DNA of 64,000 nucleotides from Felis catus (Eukaryota): contig NC_058368.1 of the NCBI RefSeq assembly GCF_018350175.1, positions 159,280,001 through 159,344,000 of the forward strand. The letters are read 5' to 3'. Below the pieces are notes generated by a model. That model did not search any database, was not told the origin of the DNA, and saw only the letters and a program-made list of their open reading frames with translations. The translations under genes and the position numbers were made by a program. Numbering within the stretch: position 1 is the first letter of the stretch; the number at the start of each line of letters is the position of its first letter. This document shows, piece by piece, positions 26,620 to 39,964 of this stretch.

Positions 26620-27745
26620 ATAGAACTCTCAAGCTTGACCTCTTTGAAACTCGTGTATCATCTTTTCTACTCTTCACCTTGACCCCAAATCTTTTCCTCC
26701 TCCTGTATTCCCTGTTAATGACTTACTCATCTACTTAGTTATTCAACATAGAAATCCAAGTTGATCTTGTCTCTCTCCTCTCCTTCACTCCCTTACTTCT
26801 CTCTTATTTCATCCATTACAATGTCATGTACCTCCAAAATGTCTCTGATATGTATCCTCTCCTTTCTGCTCCCACTGTTTTTACCCTAGTTGTTTTCTGC
26901 AGTGTTTCACTATGTTGGAAAGGTTTTTAAAGTTTTATTTATTTCTATCTCTCCCTTCTCATATAACCATCAGGATCCTTTTTCTAAAACATGCCATATG
27001 AAGTCAATTAGACCACATTCAGAGTTCATCCTGACTTTTCAACCTCATCTCTTGCCACACCTGCTTATGTGTCAGTGGATTCTACTCATGCGTTTTGGTA
27101 ATCGAGTCCCAGAAGACAACATGTTCCTTTCATCTCCAGGAACTTTGCTATAGTTCTCTCTTTATTCCATTCATTTTTAGTAATTTTATTTCTTTACTTC
27201 TTTATTTATTTATTTATTTTTAATTTATTTTTAATTTATTTTTTATTTTTGAGACAGGGTGTGTGTGAGTAAGGGGCAGAGAAAGAGGGAGAGAGAGAGA
27301 GAATACCATGAGGTGAAGAGAGAGAGAGAGGGAGAGAGAGTGCAGAGCCCAAAGGGGGGTTGAGCCCACCTGATGCAGGGCTCAAACTTGCAAATCATGA
27401 GATCATGACCTGAACCAAAATCTGATGCATAACCAACTGAGCCACCCAGGTGCTTCCATTTCTAGTAATTTTTAATCATCATCCAAACCCTGTATGAATC
27501 TTTGCTAATCCCAATCTACACTCCTAGCCAGAGTACGGATTCATAGCCCTCCCCTCTGTACTCCTGCAGACGTCTCACTAGAAGTGCCGCTATCTTCTAC
27601 TGTTAAGTTAGCTGAACACATGTCTCTCTTCTCATCTATGCTGTGGACAAATTGAGGACAAAGAGCTTATCTTATCCATTTTTATTCCTTTGTCACTCAA
27701 TGTCAGACATATATTAAGTGTTCAATTACTATTGAATTGATTTAT
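26620..27745 (+). mobile_element. L2 relic interrupted by a SINE
   Basis: cttttcctcctcctgtattccctg...aagtgttcaattactattgaattga, L2-like. Confidence 0.55.
27190..27456 (-). mobile_element. Can-SINE variant with two GA tracts
   Basis: SINE ends present; TSD cattt(t/c)tagtaatttt. Confidence 0.88.
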
Positions 27746-28798
27746 AGTCTACATTTTCTTTTGAAAGTAAGTGTGATGAGTTATGATTAGTGACATAAGG
27801 ATGATGTGTGGGTGGGCCTTCCTTCTTTTATCTTATTTAACTAAATAAACATATAACTTAGCCATTAAAGACTGAAATAAAATAATGAATGCTAGACTGC
27901 ACTGGGCTCATTTGAAAATCCTGTCCTGGTCTCTTTTCAAGATTATGAAAGAGATGCTTTGTCAATTGATTTTTTTTTTCCTAGTCTAATTCTCCTTTCT
28001 GTATTTCTGCCTTAATTTGCTTGCATGTGTGTCTAGTAGGAGAGATTACATGGACAAGATGCTTTCTCTCTGTTTGGTAAGTTAATAGATCATTAACAAA
28101 ACTACTGTGGGTGAGGGCAGATGGTCATGCACTTTCTTGTAAGGACTGTCCCATAGGGACTTTTCATTGGTCAGTTAAGAATATGATAATAGCCACTAGG
28201 CTCTATACAAAAGAAAGCAGAGATAAAATTTTACTCTTGTTTACACAGAAGTCAGATTATATCTTAACACTTCAGAGTTAAATACAATATTTCTCAGAAC
28301 TTAGCTCAAGTTACCATTTCTGAGGAGATCACTTTTTACAGATTTCATAGGTCTTCTTTTCTACTCAGGCTTAGTGTTCAGATGTGGAGGGGGGGGCGCT
28401 CCTTTCAGGTATCTCTGTTATTTCAGTCTAGCAAAACTAAAAAAGATAGCATGAACTTGTATGCCAGTATGAGCTTCATCCCTAAGTCTCATCTGAATCA
28501 TGTTCAGATGTTAATGCTTACCTGAGAGAATCAGAGATATAGACTCTTACTCCATTGTCTTCTTATAGATTTGTGGTAGCACTTAAATAGAGAGGAGAAA
28601 GAGGCTATGGAAGGGCAAGAAATATAGAAGGAAGATACTTGCTAACTGCTTTTAACCTATATCTTGGTGACAATGGAAAGATGAATAAAACACTGTATTT
28701 AGAAATACCAAGTATGTAGAAATCCCTAGATAAACTTTATTCTGTTTAGCTGAAATGTGTATTACTTGTGTCACATGGGATTACATTATAGGTTTTAC

Positions 28799-28838
28799 CC
28801 ATTCTACTGGGTTGTTTCTTCTTCGAATGCCATTCATC
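28799..28838 (-). other. Candidate 40-nt exon (DEWHSKKKQPSRM in frame 0)
   Basis: Good acceptor atttctctttgcag|; weak donor TGG|gtaaaa. Confidence 0.25.
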
Positions 28839-30957
28839 CTGCAAAGAGAAATAGGCAATATGATATGGGTTTATTTGATATCAGATCTGATATATTTCAG
28901 ATTTTCTCTTGGACTACCCAAGTCGATTCATTAAGAACTATGGAAACATCCTCAAAATACAGATCAATACATACATAGTGAAAAATTAAAAATTAAACTT
29001 ATCAAGGACTTATACTCAAATTCACTAATTGTCACTCAAATGCATTAATTGTTGCTGAAGTCACTGCCTGTAAAAAGCAAAGGAGCTTATAAATTATCTT
29101 CAGGCTTTTGTTAAACAATGGAATATTTTTATTTTCTATTTTAAATCTAAGAAGAGTAGGACTCAAGAGACTTGTGTTAATGATTTTCATTTTTCAGAAC
29201 AGAAAGAAACTAGTTCTTTATCCAACTAACTTCATAAGAAAATTACTAGAAAGGAATATAAAGTCATGAAGATAGTCTAAGGAACACTTAAATGTCAAGT
29301 TGAGGAATATTTTTTTTGAGAAGTTTCTAGAAGAAGCTGAATGGGTGAAGAGTGCAGCATTTAAACATCGTTGTTATACAAACACTAGAAAAGTATGCTG
29401 AAATGAAAATAGTTGATTACACATGGTAGTAAATTTTTTTATGATTTTTAGCATTACAAAACAGTATCTCTACAATAAACAATTGCAAGAAAAATTGCTT
29501 AGTATAGTCCTAACCTTATCAAACTTGAAATTTGAAGCACTATCTCAAAGAAAGAAGCTATAGTCACATTCCTGGACATATTGAAATATCTTTGTAGGTG
29601 TCAAAAGTTGACCCATAAACATACTAATAAATTGAATCTCTTGGGAAGTGATAATGTATGGAATTAGCACCTTTACTCTAAACAGATAGTCTGAAGTGAT
29701 CCTAGGGATGTGTTTATATAGGAAATTTAGAAAAGTCATTGAAGATGGGAAACACCCAAGTGAATTATTTGTGACTTTCTCCTTAGAGTACATTGAGGAA
29801 CAGAGAAACACTGAAAAAGGAATCCCACCTGTGCATTTTAGCACTGGAATCTAACACCAGAGTGTTTTGTTCCAAGCTTAATCTCCAGGGAGTGGCTGAA
29901 TATTTCAAAAAAGATTTTGCTAACTTGGCTTTAGTCACTAAATTTCCTTTAGCTCTTTCTAAATGCAGTCTTAGGGTGTGTTTGCATCCATTATCTACAG
30001 CTATTTACTTTGGCATTTTGCAAAAAGTCCCAATGAAAGAGTGATTCCTTCATTCTGCTCAGTGTGCCTTAATATTGAGGCCTTCACAGGAAGTTAGTTG
30101 TCAACCTCTCATAAAAGATCCTGTGAGAGCAATCAAAATCATTAGAAAACAAGTTATTTTTTTCTGAGCACTCAGGCTTAGATAACATTAGCCTATTTTT
30201 CAGAAACTGCCAGATTTCTTTTAGAGTTAAGGACCTTTTATTTTTAAAGTAAATATAAAACTCCTGCAAATATTACTCATATCAGTGTTGTTTCTCCACA
30301 TAAAACTGACTTGCTGGGGTTGTTTTTAAGTTTTTAACAGAAAGATTTTATATAAAATGTTCAGTTACCATACAGTTTATAAAATAAAGATAATTTTATA
30401 TGTATATTTCAGTAACATCAAGAATATATTTCATTCATAGTACTAGAAAGTTCTAGTACTGATTTGTGACTAAATAGAATAAACTAAGGTCTACAAAAGC
30501 TGTGAAACTATTTTATATGTATTTCCATCATTTTTTTTGTTAGTAATCATCACTGTGTTATCTAAAATTGTGTACCTAAAAAAAAATCTAAGAATAAAAG
30601 GGTTGTCAAAATAACACACCTATGAAAAGTGGTTGCCAAAATTAACACTAATATATACGTATATTTAAAAATAGGAAAGGATTAGACTCTGTGAACTTCT
30701 GTCATCAATTGTGTTGGGAACTGTGCCAAATTCCATCTTCGTTCATGAACAGTTCACATTCAGATACACGCAGAACGTTCCTTAGAATTCTAGGCCATAA
30801 TTTATCCTACGACCTACAAGCAGTACTGTTTATAAAAGCAGTCCTGTAGGAACTGCCGTTCCTTGTATCCCAGAGAAGCAAACACTGGTGTAATTTTTAA
30901 ATTACAGCTATTGAGGCTCACAGACTGAAATTGTAAACACAAGTTTGCCTCACTCAC

Positions 30958-30993
30958 CTTGGTTCTTAAAGATTCGTCATCCTCGTAGCTTCC
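30958..30993 (-). other. Candidate 36-nt phase-0 microexon (GSYEDDESLRTK), host gene unidentified
   Basis: Branch point CTAAC (31037-41), polypyrimidine tract, ~79-nt AG-free zone, tag| acceptor, consensus AAG|gtgagt donor; only one frame is open. Confidence 0.5.
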
Positions 30994-33239
30994 CTACACG
31001 GTAAGAAATTGTGTTGGAATGTGGAGAAAAAGAAACGTTAGAAGGTTTAAAAATATTTTTAATTTTTCAAATGATCTGTTACTTTCCTTATGTGACTATT
31101 CACCTTTTATTTTGAAACATTGGAAAGTTCTTAATATTGTTTATTTTTATACGATTGTGGTGATGGATACTGTTACAAGCTGTGTAAACTACCCTGCTAT
31201 TAATAAAGTAATAATAGCTATGGAGTGCTTATTATGTACTAAATAATGTTCCGAGGATTTTACTTGCATTATTTTGTTAAATATTGGCCTTTTGTTAAAT
31301 ATTATGTACTCGATTGGCTATAAGGAAACAATATATAAATCATAAAGCATGCGCATGAATGAATTGGCTCCACATCCAAACTTTAAAATGATTCTATTTA
31401 TTTCTTGGACTGCTGAAGATTATAATAGTAAATAATGATCTTATATCCTAGCTCTTCTGGAATAAGACTAAATTAATATATATTATTCCTCAGTTTAAGA
31501 TTGTGTTTAAGATTATAGAATATCACAGGCTTGGAATACTGTCCACATTTCTTCTTTACACAAGAGATTCCCAGAAATAAGGCCAGAAAAGTAGAAGTGT
31601 CTGTTTTGAGATAAGGATGAAATCTGGCTGTTATTGAATAACTTCAAGTAAACTTAAAGCTTCATAGGATCTTTCGGATCATGAGTTAGAAGAAATTCAA
31701 AGAGTTAGAAAAAAATGACTCCAGAATTTCCAATATCACTAACAATTCAAGAAATGCTAGAGATCTTACAGACAGATGATACTTCTATAAAGTATAGAGG
31801 GATCCTTGGTGGATGTTATTTGCCTAAGACTGTTATCACTATGAACTGAGTCCAGATACAATGAATAGAAATCAGGTGTTTTTATAATAAGAAAATTGAG
31901 TATAGTAAAAAAAAAATTCAAGCAGTACAGAAAGGTATAAAATGATGTCAATCTGCCAACTTTGCCATCTGTCTCTCAGTGGCAAACATGATTTTACTTG
32001 TTCTTTATCATTCCAGGCATTCTGTGCATAAAGAATTTATGAACATTCATTCATTTTCTAAAAATGCAAAATGGAAAATGTAAATTGTTGAAAATAGCAG
32101 AACATTGTGCATGTTACCTTTTAAAGATTGTTGCCACCAATATATTTAATCATTCTCTGAAATGTCTGAATAATATTCTATTGCATGAACATAGCATCAT
32201 TTATACAACCAATGTCATGCCATCACATATTTAGTTTTGATTTTCTGACATCGTAAACTTATGCTGCATGATCTCCATGACGATTTCTGCTCACATACCT
32301 TAAAAGAAGAATTGTAAAGTCCAGGTGCATGCATAATTTTATTTTTTATAGGTGTTGCCAAATTTTTCTCCTGAGAAATTGTAACAATTTGCATGCTTAA
32401 AATATATGGGTGTTTTATTTTCCAGTCAGAGACCAAACAAAGTATTATCAAACTGTTTGATCTTTGCCAAGCCAGCAGATGAAAAATGTTCTCTCATTTT
32501 TAATTTGTATTTATTTAATTTTAAATGCTATTGAGTGCCTTGTCTTAAGGTTAAAGGATGTTTTTTTTCTTAGATTTTTTAAGACTTCCCTGATCATATC
32601 TGGTGCAAATATTGTTTTCCATTGGTATGTTGTCTTTGTCTAATTAAGTTTTGGCATATGGAAATTTTAAACTTTGTTAAGTTAAACGAATTCAACTCTT
32701 TTTTTTTTTTTTTGGTGAAATCTGGGAATCATAGTATAGCCATACAAACTCATTCCAAGGAGTTTTTAGTAGTTGAACAAGCTGATAACATTTTTTTTCT
32801 TGAGAAAGGGTTAAAGTTTTGTGCTCAGGATAAGCTTATCACTGAAAATAGAATTGCCAAATTATTTTTTCCTTTGATAACCCATCCTGGATCCCTCCTT
32901 ATTTATCCCCATTTGGCTTTATACTAGGAAGCACAAAGTTAATGTTTAATTACTTTCCTCTGTGATTTTTAATGTTTTATTTCAACTACCTTTAGATATA
33001 GGAAGGCAATAGTTCCAATTTTAAAGCACCTCATATATTTCTTTCACATGTATTAATTAATTTGAATGCCATATTGGGCAAATATTCTCATTTTTATTTT
33101 GTTATAGGAGGAAATAAATATTTGAAAATTAATGCCTTTGTGAAATAACATATGTAATAAGCCAATCCAGTTATTTTTATTTTAAATGCACTATGCTTCT
33201 GCTACATTACTCTCCTTTCTGCCCTGATCAATTTGTTTG

Positions 33240-33457
33240 TTTGTTTATTTTTTTAAGTTTATTTATTTTTGAGAGAGAGATTGAGAATATGAAAATGAGT
33301 CAGGGAGGAGCAGAGAGGGAGGGGCAGAGAATCCCAAGCAGGCTCCATGCTGTCAGTGCAGAGCCTGATGTGGAGCTCAAACTCACAAACCATGAGATCA
33401 TGACTGGAGCCAAAATGAAAAGTCAGTACTTAACTAAATGAGCCACCAGGTACTCCC
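33240..33457 (-). mobile_element. Can-SINE, older
   Basis: SINE body; TSD-like ccct(g/a)atcaatt. Confidence 0.9.
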
Positions 33458-33478
33458 TCCCTAATCAATTAAAAAAAA

Positions 33479-33479
33479 T

Positions 33480-33568
<89 letters not shown>
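33479..33568. repeat. Compound (CA)n(TA)n microsatellite
   Basis: Directly visible. Confidence 0.95.
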
Positions 33569-33572
<4 letters not shown>

Positions 33573-34552
33573 AAGAATAACAAATGCCCTGTTAATGGTT
33601 CAGGATGTGCTTTAATACCAATCACCTGAGAGTAATGAATGTTAGGATGTAAAATCCAGATTCACAATATGCATAGGTCTGAAAGGATCCTGTGAAATCT
33701 TCCCTAGGGAAATTTAGAAAATGGCCCATAAATATAATGATGAAGTAAAATATGTTTTTTGGATTTGAATGCACATGCAATCGTAGTCAAGTCACATACT
33801 TGCCAAGTAAAATAGAAATATGAATGACAGTGTAGTTTGAGATTCTTGGATTAAGTTCCCAAGAATCTGAGGAGTTATTTATCACCATTTAAATTGATTT
33901 AGATTCACATTTAATATCCAATTAATGCTGATATCACTTTTATTGTGTGTTTTAATTATTGAAGCCCTATGTGGTAGTTAAGCATGTTAATCCTTCCCAG
34001 AGCATCCATTATAGCTTTTAGGCAAAGTGCTTCTCCAGTTTTTCCTTTAAGATATTTCTTCTCCTTTTTTTGATATGCCAAATGTAATCCCAACTGGAGC
34101 TCACAAACTTCAGTTATTTGGTAATTAAGCATATCTTTCACTACTTCTCATCTCCACGTCTGTTAACATCAAGCATATGTGACAGAACTCTTCTACTTTT
34201 AGGATCATACCATATTCACACACTCAGAACTTGACTTCAGCATTTTTTTTGTTTCATTTTACAAAAATAAGCAATCTTACAAATTCTTCTCTTACTCTCA
34301 GCTCTAACGTGTAATAACCCTGTGATTCATCCATTAAGAACCTATAGTCTAGATATATTTCAGAAGTAGATTTCAGTCTAAAAGCCATCCTGGATTTTTA
34401 CATATATTTAATTTTTTTTTCTGTACAAGATAGATTTGGTTTTACTATTGGTATGAATTTTTCTATTTTATGAAAATTTCTTGCTTATACCTTAGGAAAC
34501 AAAGCCATTTGACTGTAACCCACACACAACACTTGAAAATGCACTGTTTTCT

Positions 34553-34764
34553 GGGGCGCCTGGGTGGCTCAGTCGGTTAAGCATCCAAGTTCGGCTCAGG
34601 TCATGATCTTACAGTTTTTGAGTTCGAGCCCCACATTGGGCTCTGTGCTGACAGCTCAGAGCCTGGAGCCTGCTATGTATTCTGTGTCTCCTTCTCTTTC
34701 TGCCCCTCCTTAACTTGTGCTCTGTCTCTATGTCTATAAATAAATTAAGTAAGTAAGTAAGTAA
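34553..34764 (+). mobile_element. Can-SINE with (TAAG)n tail
   Basis: Perfect 18-bp TSD gaaaatgcactgttttct at 34535-34552 and 34765-34782. Confidence 0.97.
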
Positions 34765-35849
34765 GAAAATGCACTGTTTTCTGAATGACCAGGTAATTTC
34801 TCGTCATCTCCATCTATATCTGACCCCCTCAGTTCACATTTTTATACTTATCTTCTCATTTATAATCATTATATCTTTTCCCCTACTTACTAAAATAAGT
34901 GTCTACATATCAAACATTTCAATCTTCTAAAATAATGTAAATATTTCTTCTTGAAGGATAAATAAAAGAAAGTTGTTCTGCAAACATAACTACAATTTAT
35001 CATTAAAAACATATCAATCATGCCCAAACACATTATATATATGCTAACCTTACTCTCCAGTGACCGTGTTACATAAATGTATTTGGTATCACAGTCTTTT
35101 TTTTCTTGATCTGATATCTTGTATGATGAACTAACATTGTATTTTATACATATCAAAATCAAGGATTAAGTGAAGTGGGTTTTTTTTAAGTATTAGGTTT
35201 TGAATGTCTTGTGTATATATTAATGCACATAAGAATTTCTCTGATTTAAGAAGAGGTATAACTCAATTGTGCATGGTAGAAATTGATTATAACCAAAATA
35301 TTTTTGTACTTTACTACATAGATATGTATAGTAAATTCACCTCACGGTAACCAATATTATGCTCTTTAATCACAAAATATATGAAAAGCACAAAAAGCTT
35401 TCTTGATTCTGAGCTAATTAAAATAAGTTATAACTACATGTTATTACATATACCACTATACAAAATACAAAAAAAAGATAATTTGAAATGTAAAGTATCC
35501 TGAAGCTATTTTCAAAATGTTCTCCATAAAATGCAAATTTCATTTTTCTTTTCTCCGTCATTACTTTTAGATGCAGAGAGTTCTGAATTCACATAATTCT
35601 ATGTTGTTGGCTCACTACCATCATTGTTCTAAGAAAAGCTTCTGTATTGATTAGACTATTTCCTCTACTCCTTTTATCCTCTCATCTGCTCTCCAGAGAC
35701 TACCATTTTAATGTATTTGTGCATACACTTTTTTAATGTCTTCATTAAATATTTAGTGTGTGTGTGTATAGAAGTATCTTAAATTTGCATAAATAAATGT
35801 TATTGCTTATTCTATTTATTTATTTAGCATCTTATCCCTTAGCTTTATT

Positions 35850-36340
35850 TTTACTTACTTTTTAAAATATTGTACATGATGTTTTTTAAGGTATACAATA
35901 TGATGATTTAATATATGCATGTATATTGAAATTATTACCACAACCTAATTAATTAACACATCATCACCGGTGTGTGTGGGTGTGGGTGTGTGTGTGTGCG
36001 TGTTTAACCTCAACTGTCTTTGCAATTTCCAAATATACGACACAGAATTAACTGCAGTCGCCATTCTGTACCTTAGATCCCGGAGCTTACTTATCTTAAT
36101 GAAAAGTTTGCACCCTTTGCCCAATATCTTCCTTTCCTGCCACCTCCCTAGCTCTAGCAATACCATTCTACTCTCTGGTTTTATGAGTTTGACTTTTTTA
36201 TATCTCACATATAAGATCATATAGTATCTATCTTTCTCCATATGGCTTATTTCATTGTGCATAATGTCCTCTAGGTTTATCTGTGTTTGCAAATTGTGGG
36301 ATTTCCTTCTTTTTTAAAAGTGTAATACCCCATTGTATTA
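35850..36340 (-). mobile_element. L1MA-type 3' end
   Basis: taaggtatacaatatgatgattta...ttatttcattgtgcataatgtcctctagg, reverse L1 3'UTR; ORF 35945-36292 contains NLEDIMHNEISH. Confidence 0.8.
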
Positions 36341-36524
36341 TTGTGATACCTACCATGTGTATACATTTATACCTATTCTATCATCTTATTGATGTTGCTC
36401 TTGCTTATTCTTTCTTCATTCACCACTGAGATTATAAGATCTCTGTATTGCTGCATGTGCATCCTGTTAGATACTTATCCATCTTCTCAGAAACAAACGT
36501 TTACACTGTGTCTAATTGTACACA

Positions 36525-36610
36525 ATCTCTCTCTCTCTTTCTCTCTCTCTCATACATAGACACACACACACACATACACACACACACACACACACACGCA
36601 CACACACACG
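36525..36610. repeat. (CT)n/(CA)n microsatellite
   Basis: Directly visible. Confidence 0.9.
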
Positions 36611-37318
36611 ACTGTAAAACGTATGGAACGTTCTTGTTCTTGGTCTCTTATGGACCTGTCATCAAATTACTGAGATGCACAAAGTATTAAAACATTCTAA
36701 ATAAAGAGGAAATCATTTTTAAAGTACAGGGTCTATGTCAGAAAAAGACCCACTAACATTCTAGAATACACACTTAAAGCAATATAAATGAGTATTGGTG
36801 TTAATTCGGTCTGCTTCCAATGTGAGGGGAATATATCTGATGATTTCTGTTGGTATCGGAACCCGTAAAGAGGAATCCCCAAGAGTCCTTTGCAATAAAT
36901 ATCCAGCAATAAATTCTAAGAAAAAAATGCAAGACCAATATATGGGAACCTATAAAAATTTATTAAAGAACATAAAAGATAATCAGAATAAATGGAGAGT
37001 CATAACATAATTCTGGATGAGAAGAGTCAGTGTTTTGATGACATCAACTTCCCCCAAATTATTCTATAAGTGCACATAAACAAATACCAAATATCAACAA
37101 AATATTTCTTGGAACTTGTGAATTCTAAAGTTTACCTTGAAGGAGAAATATCTAATAATAGTTAAGAACTTATAGAAAAAGAAAAGTAATAAAGGATGTC
37201 TTATGCTATGAGAATTCAAATATAATAGCTACAGTTTTAAATAAGGGTAAAGTAATTAAAATGACAATACAATTGTGAGGAAATACACAAGTTTCTGTTT
37301 CAAAATAGAGATTGTGTA

Positions 37319-37527
37319 GGGGCACCTGGGTGGCTTAGTTGGATAAGCATCCAACTTCGGCTCATGTCATGATCTTGTGATTCATGAGTTCACGCCCTGC
37401 ATTGGGATTTGTGTTAACAGCTCAGAGCCTGGAGCCTGCTTTGGATTCTGTGTTTGCCCCTCCCCTGCTCATGCTCTGTCTCGGTCTCTGTGTCTCTCAA
37501 AATAATACATAAACATTAAAAAATTAA
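37319..37527 (+). mobile_element. Can-SINE
   Basis: ggggcacctgggtggcttagtt start, A-rich tail. Confidence 0.93.
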
Positions 37528-37917
37528 AAGAGATTCGGTAAACACACTAATGTATGTATAGGAACTAAGTATAATATAGATGTAGATAGTATTTAAAATC
37601 AATGATAAAGAAACCTAGAAAATTTTAATATCCATTTAGACAAAACTTCATAAAATATCTTATTTCATCTCTGTCTTATTTATGCAAAAATAATTCCAGA
37701 TAATTTGAAAATATGCATTTATATATAAACCTATAAAGTTAAGTTAAATATATCTATATCTCTATCTCTCATATATATGAAGTATGAATTTATGAAAAAA
37801 AAACGCAGATTAGTAGCTAATTACCTTGGGATGGTGAGGGTTGACCTAATAAAAGTGAAGAATCCAGAAACCATAATATAAAAGTTAGAAATAGATGCCT
37901 ATAAAAACATTTAAAAT

Positions 37918-38080
37918 AGGGGTGACTGGGTGGCTCAATACATTGAGCATCTGACTTAAGCTTAGGTCATGATCTCAGGGTTCACGCCTTCAAGCCCCAC
38001 ATCAGACTTGCTGCTGTCAGCACAGAGCTGTCTTTGGATTCTCTCATGCTCTCTCTCAATAAACAAACATTAAAAAAGAA
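37918..38080 (+). mobile_element. Can-SINE, short and old
   Basis: TSD aaacatttaaaata on both sides. Confidence 0.88.
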
Positions 38081-38924
38081 CCCAAACATTTAAAATAATT
38101 GTAAAGACAAAAGATTGTATATGTAGAAGAGAGAGAGAGAGATTGAGAGACAAACAGGGATAAATGTCTGTCACAGATAACATAAAGGCTTGGTACTCAT
38201 TTTTAATCACAGAAGTCCATCATAGATATGATAAATCCGTAAGAAAAAAAATCTAATAGAAAAAATCGGCAAATTATATAAATACGCGAACCTAAAAGAA
38301 TAATTTGAAAATTACAAAAGATCTGTTTTGCTGTCTTTATCAAAATGTATTATGTGTAATCTCTTGTGACTGCAGAAATGCCACTGATTTCTAGGAGCTA
38401 GAAATAATCACACATGTGAAAAAATGGAAACAGTCTATATTGCCTTAAGTAATACACAAGTTGAGAAATGTAATTCTTTAGTATGGAATACTATGAAACC
38501 TTTCTTCCTTCAGTGAAATATTTTATGTGTAGTATTGAACTATCTTAAGACATTTTGGAAAGCATAATAAAGCAAGTCCCAGAAATAATGTATATAGTAG
38601 AATTCCATTTATGTAAAATGGACACAAAATATGCTGCGTCTCTATGTGCATGTGCATGCGTGTTTCAACGTACAGAAACATTTCCAGAAGTGAATGCACC
38701 TTATTGATAAAGGTTATTTAAAGGGAAAGACAGATTAAAATAGTGGTGAGGGGTGTGGGGGGTGTGGTTGCAGGGCATGGTGGGGGTAGGGGGGTACTTT
38801 TACTTTATATTCTATGTATCCTTTTGAATTTTTTCTAAACTTCAAGCATTTATCACATTTAATGCAATTATTCAGGGAGAATTTAAAAAGTGATAGTTTA
38901 ATGTAGTAGCTGTTTACCATTGTT

Positions 38925-39281
38925 GAGATTCAAAGACATCTTTTATTAGAAGAATAAACAAGAATGTTTTAGACATTGTATAAAGCAGAGAAGATCACTC
39001 TCTGTCTAAAATACAAATTTTTGAGTTGTCAGGATTGGATATGTGGTGCAGATCTCAATGTGGCATTTTAGTTATTGGTTTAACTTGAACGTCCTGACTG
39101 TGGGGAGTAGGGGAAGGCTGCCGGGTTGTTTCTCAGAGGAATGAAGGAACATCAGTGACACTCCCTCTCCATCTGCATTAGAGCACAGAGCCACAGGAAG
39201 GACACCACAGGGCAGCCAGGGGTCCAAGAGCTTTTGTTTGTGGCAGCAGGAACTCATAGCCATGACTTCGTTGTGTTTGGT
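38925..39281 (-). other. Candidate terminal exon
   Basis: Acceptor ttctctctgctctttcag| at 39282; AATAAA at 38942-38947 on the minus strand; non-repetitive and GC-richer. Confidence 0.35.
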
Positions 39282-39964
39282 CTGAAAGAGCAGAGAGAAT
39301 CATCAAATTGCCTGAATAGAGGGAACATTTTTATTGAACCATCTACAGGGCTAAATTAATTGAGCAATGGAGCATGACAGTTCAATAGGTGAGATTATCA
39401 AAAGAAAACTGCCCCCGTAGGGCCAAAGCCCCAGATGGGTGTCTGAGCAGTTCTGAGAATACTGATTGCTTCATGATAAAATATAATTGCCCCCTATTGT
39501 TACATTGGCCTTTAATGAATCCCATCCTGCACCTAAATATGACAAATAGGAAGGGATGGTGTGCAAGAGAATTGATAGTTACATCTGATGTTAAACCCTA
39601 TGAGGCTACACAAATTTTAAGAGAAGCTGTCCTTTGTCTTGTAGAATCTACAAATCCTTTCTTGGTTGTCTTGGTAGGACTTTTGATTAATGTAGATCTT
39701 GAAGAATGTATTTTATTTCAACTGACCAAAATAATTTAAGTTAATCTCAGAAAAATGATGAGCCAAAAAGCTGTTTTTGTGAGAGAAACATGCAACATTA
39801 TACAGAAGGAGCTTTGCAATTTATTTAATCATTCCTTTATTGACAAAAGATTTGAATGCTTACTGAAGGGCCAGACAAAATGATAGAAGCTGTCATTTAA
39901 GAGAATCACAGTTTTACTTGGTAAACAAACTATCTTAATTTTTAATATGCGAACAGCTTAACTT

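Larger units (their letters stand above)
36895..38870 (+). mobile_element. Old L1 (L1ME-like) ORF2 end and 3'UTR relic carrying two SINEs
   Basis: Translates as INSKKKMQDQYMGTYKNLLKNIKDNQNKWR, like the L1 ORF2p region around YKTLLKEIKED.NKW. Confidence 0.7.

Noticed and set aside
28878..28893. 16-bp perfect palindrome atatcagatctgatat, plus short hairpins at 13989-14008 and 30439-30460
   Set aside because: Short AT-rich palindromes of this size are close to chance expectation in 64 kb.
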